Assembly (NCBI GenBank): GCA_977017575.1
Contig: CDRNVI010000039.1
Coordinates: 124,001-188,000 of the forward strand
Source of the DNA: Paramoeba atlantica
Lineage: Eukaryota; Protista; Discosea
Length of the DNA: 64,000 bases
Direction: 5' to 3'
Below, one piece after another: positions 41,684-51,600 of the stretch. The position numbers and the translations under genes were made by a program. Below the pieces are notes generated by a model that saw only the letters and a list, made by a program, of their open reading frames with translations, was not told the DNA's origin and ran no database searches. Within the stretch, counting starts at the first letter, position 1; every line of letters begins with the position of its first letter.

Positions 41684-42514
41684 TCATACGCCAACATTGC
41701 GGCATGGATAGACGAACTTCAGGACAGTGTAGCGCTCACCACTGAAACGACTAAGAACCACGGAACTTGATAATCCATAAGCGGAAAATTTGATCCGAAC
41801 GTTCTCAGGATCGTTCGCTTCTACAAGTAACAAATACATTACGCCGTGTGGATGTAGGAGTGATATCACGTAGGGTGCCATTTTAAAAAGTTGATGCACA
41901 CCTCCAGGACCCCCCGCACAGGCGCGATCGATTCCGTATCCTGCGACCTCGTCAAGCGTAGTGGGAACGTACGGAGGATTCCATAGGATCACATGAAACA
42001 GCGATGCCCACCGTTGTAACGCCGATGTGGTCAAATCAGCTCGGACAATAGAACACGAGAAATCTTTAGGCCCTCGCGTTGAATTGAAACCGTCTTTTGA
42101 CAGTGTAAGAGGATTTGTTCCAAGTACTGAATTGCTCGTACAAGAAAGATTTTTGACAGGTGTGTTATCTAACGATGCTGTCGTACGGAGTTCAGAAGAG
42201 ATCTGCGTTATGACGTGAGAAAGCGTTTGTTGCGTGGCTCGTGCGGCATCCATATTGATATCGGCACAAAGAACATGAAACACATTCGGCGTTCTTATCG
42301 TATTTTTCTTACTTTGATGATTAAGTATTTGCAAAAGATGGGCAGACAGAATGCCGGACCCTGAACCGACATCAAGCACCATACGAGGACAAAGATTTTC
42401 AAGAAAAAAAAAGTCTGACTCCAACGCATCCATCAAACAGAATGAATCGCTATCAGGTTCGTAAACATCTCGAAATATATGTGGCTTAAGGTGGGATAAA
42501 TTCGGTTGAAACAT
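41684..42514 (-). CDS. N6AMT1: HemK2/N6AMT1 (Mtq2) class I methyltransferase
   Basis: VYEPDSDSFCLMDAL, LDVGSGSG, DIN, NPPYVPT, AGGPGG. Confidence 0.9.
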   Translation of the reverse strand: MFQPNLSHLKPHIFRDVYEPDSDSFCLMDALESDFFFLENLCPRMVLDVGSGSGILSAHLLQILNHQSKKNTIRTPNVFHVLCADINMDAARATQQTLSHVITQISSELRTTASLDNTPVKNLSCTSNSVLGTNPLTLSKDGFNSTRGPKDFSCSIVRADLTTSALQRWASLFHVILWNPPYVPTTLDEVAGYGIDRACAGGPGGVHQLFKMAPYVISLLHPHGVMYLLLVEANDPENVRIKFSAYGLSSSVVLSRFSGERYTVLKFVYPCRNVGV

Positions 42515-43154
42515 GTTTGGTGAAAATGCAAGGATGAAGAGGTACCGATATCAGAAAGGGTGATGAGAGCAACCAGTAGAGTACATTTAATTCTCTACGA
42601 AAAAGAAATTTTCGAAAATGAAAAATAAAGAAATGTAATATTCCGGGATTAGCCGCTTTCCGGGTTATTGTGACCCCCCCGGCACAATAAGCTATAGGCA
42701 GCTATAGGCACAATAATATAACATATTATTGTAGACATAGATAAATATGTAACATAAGTATGTAACATATTGTAGACATCATAAATAGGGTAAAAAAAAT
42801 TGGAAATGAATCTATAAAAATCTGTGAAAATTGAATCGAGACGTTTTCGTCCTATACACAATGCAAAAAAAACGAATGTACATGAAAACCCACCCATAAA
42901 CCATTCACTAAAATTATCGTCTTGCAAATTTTATTTTCTTAGAGTAATACGGTACAATAGCCTCGCCTTTTTCCAAGTGAACCTACAGTATAAGGGAAGG
43001 TGATAATGGAGGAGCCTCAGTTACAAAAAAAGTTAGCCTCAGTTACTACAAAAAAAGACCCTATAGAGAGGGGGTCAAACCTACATGTGTATTGTATTAT
43101 AAACAGAGGGGGTACATTATGATTCGTAATTGAAATATAGAAATTTCAGTCGGC

Positions 43155-43961
43155 TTATCGTTGGGAATACCCTCTTCGCTTTTCCATGACACCGTGTTCC
43201 AGGATTCGAACGCAAGAAGGAATTTGACTTCTCTCATTTTTCTCGACCTCTATCAAATTGTGCGACAAGTCCAAAAGCCAAAGGCTGAGTGGAAGTTTCT
43301 TCATATTAGGAAATCCGGAAAATTCGTTTCTTGCCAAATCTAGATAAGCAAGGGGAGGATGTAGCAAGGTGAGGTCTAGTTCCCCGGAAAGTGCATTTGA
43401 TGAGAGGTTCAACGTTTTTAATGAGGCAGGAAGTGAACTAAGATCAATTTTTCCGACAAGCAAATTTTTATTTAACTCCATTGTGTGCATGTATGCAGGA
43501 AGTTGTGACAGATCTACGGCACCTGAGAATTCATTAGCTGAGAGATGGAGAGATTGTAGGTCATCATGAAGCAAAGACAGTGCAAGAGTACCATTCAGCA
43601 AGTTTTGAAACATGCGCAGCACCGCAACACGTTTCGGGAGATAGCGCAGATCGATAGTGCCCTGTAACTCTTTATTTTCAAAATCAAGATAAAGGGCACC
43701 ATCGTCATCATGAAAAACATTATCCCAGTATGCAATCGGAATATCCGCTTTCCATGATGGGCTCTTGCCATTGATGTTCCGAAGAAACATTTCTAGCTCA
43801 ACTTCAAGTGGAAGGTTTGCTTGACTTACACGCCCTCTCCTTTCAGAGCGGTCGGAGTCGTCCGCGGACCAAAGAAAAAATAAAGAATAATTATGTCCCG
43901 AAGAAACCATCAACAGAGTTCCTTTGAACAGAAACGTAAGAAGCATCAACATAGAATACAA
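43155..43961 (-). CDS. LRR protein (member 7)
   Basis: SPSWKADIPIAYWDNV cap and about six LRRs. Confidence 0.9.
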   Translation of the reverse strand: MYSMLMLLTFLFKGTLLMVSSGHNYSLFFLWSADDSDRSERRGRVSQANLPLEVELEMFLRNINGKSPSWKADIPIAYWDNVFHDDDGALYLDFENKELQGTIDLRYLPKRVAVLRMFQNLLNGTLALSLLHDDLQSLHLSANEFSGAVDLSQLPAYMHTMELNKNLLVGKIDLSSLPASLKTLNLSSNALSGELDLTLLHPPLAYLDLARNEFSGFPNMKKLPLSLWLLDLSHNLIEVEKNERSQIPSCVRILEHGVMEKRRGYSQR

Positions 43962-44221
43962 AGGTAAAAGAAATTTACTCCTCCAAGGAGTTTAAGAAAG
44001 TAAAGAATGAAACTAAAGAATTACATTTCCCAATACAACACGGAGGACTTTTTTCATTCATGACTTTCAAAAATCTCGGAAAACCATCATGATGTAGAAA
44101 ATCACTAATTAACTTGGGATGTGCATGTCTCAAGGGAAAAATTAACTTTTTTTTGAAAACCCATTTGTTCACCTAATTAGTACCATTCTTCATTAGCGCT
44201 TCGACGGTGGCATGGAGCATA

Positions 44222-44551
44222 CTCCCCCTGTCATTAATAATGATAATGATAATCCTCAAGAATGATAATTTGTTTGAGATTATCATTATCATTATTAATA
44301 GCAGGGGGAGTACATCGTTTTCGACAAAAAAACATGATTTTCAGGCCAAAAATGTGAAATTTTAACCCGTTTTTGGACCGTTTTTGAAACCTTACCCGTA
44401 GATTTTTTGTTCAAAAAACGTTTTTTTTAAGGCACAATTTTTTTTCTAAGGAAATCCTGCGTGCATGAAAATAAGTTGATAATTTTTTAAGAGTCTTCAC
44501 CACATAGAATAATTATTTTTTCAAGATTATCATTATTAATGACAGGGGGAG
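44222..44551. mobile_element. Stowaway/mariner-like MITE with three TIR copies (inner 44222-44310, outer to 44551)
   Basis: TA|CTCCCCCTGTCATTAATAATGATAAT ... ATTATCATTATTAAT(AG/GA)CAGGGGGAG|TA at 44310 and 44551. Confidence 0.85.
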
Positions 44552-44697
44552 TATTGAAAAAAAAATCGTAAAAATATATTGCTAATGAAGGACCAAATTT
44601 CCGAGAAATCGTATAAACTAAATTTATAATCATAAGAAATGTATACGTACATTCCTTATACGTACAATGTATACGTACAATCCTTTGAGTGGGTCTT

Positions 44698-45381
44698 TCA
44701 CGGCATTACTTTAATTTTCGTATTTGACACATCAACACCGGGTATGTGACCCGTTTTCTGAAGTTTGAACGGTAGTTGAGACATGTAAATCGTTCCTTCA
44801 AGCTCTTGATTGTCCATCAAATATAAATACGTAAACTTCGGGTTCAAGTCACCGAGAAAAAGTTCTCCACTTAATAAATTTACCGAGGCAAACAATGCCA
44901 TGAGAGTATCAGGAGAACTTCTGAGATCTATGGGTCCAGTGAACCTGTTACGAGATAGGATCATTGATTCAAGCTTGGGAGGTAACAGGTCAAAATGAAT
45001 CTTACCGCTCAAACTATTTTCTTGAAAATCCAACGCCAACGTCGATTTAGGCATATGTTCCCAAAGCAAAGTTCCTGAGAGATTAATTGATTTCCATGCA
45101 AGCTTCTCAACTCTATTCAAATCATTACAACTTACCCCACGCCACAAAGAAAGTGAATTTTCAACTTTCCATGAAACATGCTGATTCGTCACATTACTAA
45201 TAAGACGCTCCAGGTCATATTGCTGTGGCATTTCCGCGTTTCTTACCTTAGAGGGACGAGGCGCAGAAACGCTAGAGTCGGCAGTGTGAACCAATGCACG
45301 TAAACACATCATAGTGAAATACAGATTCAGAAGATATACAGCAGTAGCTATAGTGAACTGATATGCTGTGATATTACTCAA
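44698..45381 (-). CDS. LRR protein (member 8)
   Basis: HVSWK.....LWRGVSC cap and LRRs. Confidence 0.88.
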   Translation of the reverse strand: MSNITAYQFTIATAVYLLNLYFTMMCLRALVHTADSSVSAPRPSKVRNAEMPQQYDLERLISNVTNQHVSWKVENSLSLWRGVSCNDLNRVEKLAWKSINLSGTLLWEHMPKSTLALDFQENSLSGKIHFDLLPPKLESMILSRNRFTGPIDLRSSPDTLMALFASVNLLSGELFLGDLNPKFTYLYLMDNQELEGTIYMSQLPFKLQKTGHIPGVDVSNTKIKVMP

Positions 45382-45546
45382 TGTAGATACTACAAATATG
45401 CCACGGAAAAAAAATAATGTACTTCAAAAACAATTAAGATCCACAAAGTCATTTACTATCAGGTGATGCAACTTCCTCTGTTGTCACAAAGTTTATGATC
45501 TTCATACTTCTAAAGAGTCTATAGAGGTAAACGTTGTGTTTATCTT

Positions 45547-47295
45547 TTAAACGTCGTCATTTACTGTATCCGACGATAGTCGCTGATATGCAAGACTGCT
45601 CGACAATAGTTTAGAAGGGGAACCCTCCGACTCTATAATGCCTCGTGAAAGAACGTAAATGTAATCTGCGGATCGGAGAAACTGCAACTGATGGGTAATG
45701 ATTATTACTGTGCGTCCTTCTTGGACAAAAGAGTCCACAGAGTCAAAAATAATAGCAGCGGCGGCCGCATCGAGACCCTTAGTTGGTTCATCTAGTACAA
45801 TAATTGGTGCATCCGACAAAAAAGTGCGAGCAAGAGCAAATCTTTGAATTTGTCCGCCACTTAATGGCGTTTCGCCTTCACATTGAAACGACGTGTGAAG
45901 TCCTTGTGGTAGCGCCTCTATTACGTCGTCTAATGCAGCTCTGGATGCAGCTTGAAGGATTCTCTTTTCGGAGACTGAAGGGGAAGAACCATATGCAATA
46001 TTTTCCCATAGAGTACCATCCAGGAGTCCGGCATCTTGTTCACATAGAGCTATATCTACACGGCGCGAAACGGTGCCAGCCGTTGGTAAAAGGAGCGACG
46101 TCATCAATCGCGCAAGTGTAGTTTTCCCTTGTCCACTATAACCCACGATGCCATAAAGTTTACCAGGATAAAATGTCATGGAGACGTCACGTGGACCGTA
46201 CATGTAAGTAACTCCTTGAAGGGTAAGGTACGGAAGTTCAGAAACTATCCGTTCCTCCGTTATGTGATCTGATTTCTCCGTCGTATCAGCCATACGTTTC
46301 CCTACGATCGATAATGACGAATCCAAGGTATGCTCGTCAAGGTATTGAAGCAATCCTTCTGTGGAACCCATTGCAATCCTTACTTTGTTTATTTCTCGGG
46401 ACAAGTCGCCTGCGTGATCCAACCATCGTTTGGCGTAAAAGAAAAATAGCAAAATATCTCCCGTGGTTAGTACTCCTAAGTCTTTATAGTGGCGACCGGC
46501 GGCTACAAGCAAGACATACAGAATATTGTTAAAACCAAAATTTGCAGCGCTACTGCTGTGTAGTTTCCAATCCATCTCCGCAGCAGAATGCCGAAGCATA
46601 GTTAGACATGATTTTAACTGCGTGTCTACGGAACATTGCAATGAAAAAAGTCGAATGGTTGATTGCTTGGAAACTGCGTGGGCAAGCTTCTTATTTATTA
46701 TGGCCTGCATGCGTTGTACATTCCGACTTTTAACTGAAAAGTCAGTGCCGAAAAAACCAGATGCCCATCGGTTCAGCACCGCGAAGACAACAAGAAGAAA
46801 AGATAATTGAGGAGAGATAGAAAGTAAACCCAATGTGAAGGCAACAAGAAACACAACACTCTGATAGAAATCAGTAAGGAAGCCAGTAAAGCACTCCCTG
46901 ACATGTTGGGCTCCTTGAGTGATGTTAGATGCGAAAATTTCGGGAGACACCTCAATAACATCTTTAAATGAGCGGTCGTTTAGCGTTTTCAACGATGCTT
47001 CGCAAAGATGGCTCTCAAGTCGGCGCGCCCCCACAGCCGAAGTATAGTGGCCGAAGCAGGAAACAATGTGATAGATAAGAAATAAAAAACACATTGTTCC
47101 TACGTGTGCTGTTGGATCTATTGACTCACGCTCCGAAAGATCACGCAAGAGAAGAGGTAACGAAATGTTTATGACAGCTCCAACGGTTATGCAAAACAAA
47201 GACAGGAGCGCAGCACCACGGTGGAGATATACATATGGTCGTAATTTGGAGTATGCGCTCCACAACTGTTTCCATTGGTCGGGAAAATTCAGCAT
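45547..47295 (-). CDS. ABC half-transporter (ABCB-like, TMD-NBD)
   Basis: Hydrophobic N-terminal half; GYSGQGKTT, LSGGQIQR, IIVLDEPT.GLD, IITHQL. Confidence 0.92.
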   Translation of the reverse strand: MLNFPDQWKQLWSAYSKLRPYVYLHRGAALLSLFCITVGAVINISLPLLLRDLSERESIDPTAHVGTMCFLFLIYHIVSCFGHYTSAVGARRLESHLCEASLKTLNDRSFKDVIEVSPEIFASNITQGAQHVRECFTGFLTDFYQSVVFLVAFTLGLLSISPQLSFLLVVFAVLNRWASGFFGTDFSVKSRNVQRMQAIINKKLAHAVSKQSTIRLFSLQCSVDTQLKSCLTMLRHSAAEMDWKLHSSSAANFGFNNILYVLLVAAGRHYKDLGVLTTGDILLFFFYAKRWLDHAGDLSREINKVRIAMGSTEGLLQYLDEHTLDSSLSIVGKRMADTTEKSDHITEERIVSELPYLTLQGVTYMYGPRDVSMTFYPGKLYGIVGYSGQGKTTLARLMTSLLLPTAGTVSRRVDIALCEQDAGLLDGTLWENIAYGSSPSVSEKRILQAASRAALDDVIEALPQGLHTSFQCEGETPLSGGQIQRFALARTFLSDAPIIVLDEPTKGLDAAAAAIIFDSVDSFVQEGRTVIIITHQLQFLRSADYIYVLSRGIIESEGSPSKLLSSSLAYQRLSSDTVNDDV

Positions 47296-47740
47296 GATTT
47301 TACCATTGATAAGGTATTAAATAAAAGAAAAAAAATCATAGACATTTAGATACAAGTATAAGAAATCATACAGTGCAGAAGGAGAAAGAAACATGAGATC
47401 GGGAATTGGGTGCGGGGAGATACAAACATTTTGTAGTTGTATGCAGTGTTGATGTACAGTGTAATATGCAGTATAGTAGTGTTGATTTACAACAATATTG
47501 ACGTTACTAAATAGTTTATAGGGGAAAACACGAGTAGATGCTATTGTAATGATGGCCAACGAACTCATCATGTACGAAACCATACATCGTTCTAATGAAA
47601 GAAATGGAAATCGACAAAGTGATAAGGTCTTTCCAAAAGAGCCGTTTTATCCTGGTATAGGATGAAGATGAAACGTATAGGCAAGTGTTGAAATAGTTGT
47701 AGAGAAATGATGCTGAAAAAATAAATCGTACTGCACTACG

Positions 47741-48310
47741 CTATTTCTTAGGATGCACTACAATTTGAGTATCTTTAGTGCACCATGAGTCCACCGAGCA
47801 AGGCAGGGTGGCCAAGAAAAGATCTCCCATAAGTTCGTAGTTAAAAGAAACATCAATGTAGCACAAATGAGGAGGAAGGGACAAAAAATTCACCTCACCA
47901 GAAAAATTATTATGCGCAAGGCTGACGGATAAAAGACTTTCTGGAAAATCCTCAACAACAACACGACCCGTTAATTTGTTCCTTATTAGCCACAACTCCT
48001 GGAGAGATCGGGGCAAATAACGAAATACGACTTCTCCGGAGATTTCATTTCTACATAGGTAAATCCGTATGACTGACGCAGGTATATGTTCCCATTGAAA
48101 GCTGCCACGAAGATCATGTGCATTCCATTGAAGAGACAACACTTGACCATCCTCAGTGCAATCAACTCCAGCCCACTGACGTATAGGGGTATCACTGTGC
48201 CAAGAAGGAAGAGGATTTTCCACTTTTTGAAGGAATAAATATAAACTGCGCTCTGGCGGCATTTGAATGCCGCGTATCTTGCCGAGTCTTGTAGTTGTCG
48301 AGTTCTCCAT
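47741..48310 (-). CDS. LRR protein (member 9, no hydrophobic leader)
   Basis: LPSWHSDTPIRQWAGVDC cap and four LRRs. Confidence 0.88.
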   Translation of the reverse strand: MENSTTTRLGKIRGIQMPPERSLYLFLQKVENPLPSWHSDTPIRQWAGVDCTEDGQVLSLQWNAHDLRGSFQWEHIPASVIRIYLCRNEISGEVVFRYLPRSLQELWLIRNKLTGRVVVEDFPESLLSVSLAHNNFSGEVNFLSLPPHLCYIDVSFNYELMGDLFLATLPCSVDSWCTKDTQIVVHPKK

Positions 48311-48657
48311 TGTAAAGAAAAACGAGAAGGATTTTCACCAAATTGTACATTTTAGGATATTCAAAAAATTGTACGTCGCCTTCCATAGAAGTTTTGCGCT
48401 TAGAACAATAAAGAAAGGGAACCGAAGATCAAATAAATAACAAGGTGGATCACCAGGGTACGATTATTCGGAATTGAATCTGTAAAACAAAAAGATTGAA
48501 AGAACAGTTTAATAGTGACGAAACGTCATTTTGTGTGGCACTCAGGACCCAGTCATTTACGAGAATTATTCGGGTGAATGCGTAACACCCTTAAACAAAA
48601 ACACGCAGTACAATATGACCAAGATCAAATGGCGTTTATGTTCTTCCAAGTTTATGA

Positions 48658-51600
48658 CTAACTAGAAAGGCAAGAATTTAATCGGCCGTGCCTCGTAGTT
48701 GGGTGCAGCTGGCGCGAAACATACACCATGAGCATACCAGAAAGAAGAATGCGGGCAACATTGTGAGGATGTGGATCACACAATGAAAAAAGGAATTGGA
48801 CGAAAGAAAGTGTCCATGCCGTTTTTACAGTCTGCTTTTCTTTACGTTTTGCTAACCACACCTCATCAGGGGTCCTTCGATTTTCTAAGCTACTTAAATT
48901 AGAAAAAAAAGAAGAAAAAAATTCAAAAGATAAGAATGTCCACGATCCCTGTAAGGGAACCTCCCTAGAGCTATTATCTTCAGAATATCGTACGTCATAC
49001 TCTTTTTGGCCTAACAACTCGTGTTCAAGAGAAAAGTTTAAGCCGCTTTGCAAGCGACGAGGCGTGCTACGATATTGAACCTCATTTTTGTATTGAATAT
49101 CGGCGTCACGTCTTGAAAAACACATCGATGTCCCATCTACCGTGTCCTCCACATCCTGGGCGTCCTTTACCGGACAGCGTACATCTTCTTCCATAAAAGA
49201 AGCGACCCCATCGTTTGCGCATTCGACGCTTACCTCCTCAGAAACAATCAACCATGGAGTGACGACCATTGTGTCGTGTCCTCGTACCCTTGCGTTGCCC
49301 ATAAAGGTGACAACCCCTTGGCTGTACACCACAGCACCCGGGTGTGGCGACATGTTATCATTGAATATCCCGCTGTCTACCCCTAGAAGCGTGTGATGAT
49401 CGGGTGTGTACAGTGCCCCTCCATGGCGCAAGGCAGTGTTTCCATCCACATGGGCTCCCGCGAGCGACAACGAGGCACTTGCCATGCTGGAGTAGGCCAT
49501 GCCCCCGCCACAACGCGTGCCCTCGTTACGGAGAAGCGAGCAGTCATGTAAGTGTCCATGGACGTTGTTGAGTAACATGCCCCCGGATTCACCACGATTG
49601 GCCTCGAACCGCATGTGGCTCGCGTGGAGATAGAGTACGGCATGCGGACAGTGCTGCACGTGTAGGAGAAGCCCACCAACGTGTTGTGGCATGGGAAGAG
49701 AGATGTCGGTGTCAGAGTGCCTTTCCTGGTTTTCAGTGTCGTGTTTGTTGTGAGAAAGTTGCGTTATCTGGTTTGTATTGTGAGGTACAAAGGTTTTACT
49801 CCGCCTTAACGGACGCGGTACAGCAAGGTTACGCAAAAAGAAAAGGTTGTGAAGTTCGTTTGTGTATCTAAACCCTTGAGGAGGTATTTGCTGTATAATC
49901 CCAAGACCTCCAAAAAGGTAACATGGTGGATGCTGTAACTGACTTCTTTCAGAGACTATTGAAGTGTTCGGTAGCGAGATGAGATTATCATATTCGCATT
50001 CATTTGATTCGAAAATAGAGTCTGAAAGATACAGTTGCGGTTGCTGCCACGAAGGCTCCAGCATGAAACTTGGCGTTCGTGGTATAAGACGTGGCGAACA
50101 ACGCACAATAGCATGCGTTAACAAATCCGCGTTCGCGTTTGCCTGAATAGATAGATCTTGAACGTGTGTTTTGTGTCGTAACTCCCATGAGGATGCCTCT
50201 ACAGGATGAAGTACGCCTGTTTGCGAACTACACATCAATACAGAAGAAAATATCAAGTTTTGAGAATTGAATTCTCCGACACACCAACGTCGTTCGGTTA
50301 TGTCGTAGAAAATGCTCAAACGAAAGAAATTTTGTAATTCTGCTTCATCAAGTACGAAAACCTTTCTACGCGCAAACACTGTTCCGTGGTCTACGTATAC
50401 GCCATTCACATGGGATGAATTCTGCGGTAGATTACGTATTTCTACCGAACTACACGAGATTTTCCCCGTGGCTCTTAGTATTACATTCGAGTACATAGCG
50501 TTTACGTCCGTGCTATTGTTTTGAGACAATAGAGACAAAGTGTCCGTGCTGAGAAGGACGCCTGATTTTGTCTCGCGTGAAGCAGCTTGCGTTTGCTTAC
50601 AAGTAGCAGGGAAATGACTGAAAAATAGTAAGTTGGCGTTTTCCAATGAAGTGTGATCTATATGAAGTTGAGACAAGACAGAATGCCGTATTCTAAAAGA
50701 TTCTTCTTGCTGATAAAAACGTGCATGAGCATCGTAGAACGGTGCGGGAGCTTTGGTATACAATCCAAAAGGAATTGGTTGTGTAGTATTACGTGATAAA
50801 AAATCATTAGCTGACCGATCAGAAAGGAACTGCAGATCCTCCAATGAGATTTCGGAACACCCATCAATGCAGGAAATGGAAATCATCTGGTCACCCTTTT
50901 TCCATTTACGTTGAGAGGAATCCCAATAGCTCCACATGCCATGCCATTGGGTGGGGTCTGGCATACGACAGGGAAGCGACCGAATTATTTTTTCACACGT
51001 TTTATCGCTCATCGTAAGCTGGGAATTCCATGGATTTGTGGGAGATACAATCCATTCTTGAGACCCGTAGCAAAAATAAAGATAGAATTCAGCCCCTTTG
51101 TCGTGTTGCACACCGCTACTATGTGTCGTTGTCGCGTGGCTTTTATAGTACACAGGGTAGCCATTCCACTGGTTCTTCCTACGGACGTATACACCTTCAC
51201 AAGAGAGTAATGGATACTCACCGAAAGTTCTTTGCGAAATACTGAGACCGTATATGGAAACCTGAAGAGCTTTACATGCACTTTCCACTTCATAGTGATG
51301 CAACCCCATTTGAGGTAACTTTTCTTCTTTCCAACTTTCGGTATCAAGGTAGCGCCAATTTGAAAGGTTGCATGTTAAGGGGTGGGCGGACAAAGTTGTG
51401 CTTCCTGATATAGCTTTGCCACAGACTCGAGGACGACTTGGGTTCCTCTTGTCCAGAAGTTCTTCTAGTGCGGTATGGGGAAAAGGTTCGTAGAGTCCCT
51501 CAGATTCAGATGTTACCTCTTGATTTGCGCGATCCTGAACAAATACTTCTGGAATAGCATAACTGCGAACTTGTGTTATTCCTTTTTGGGAAACATCGGC

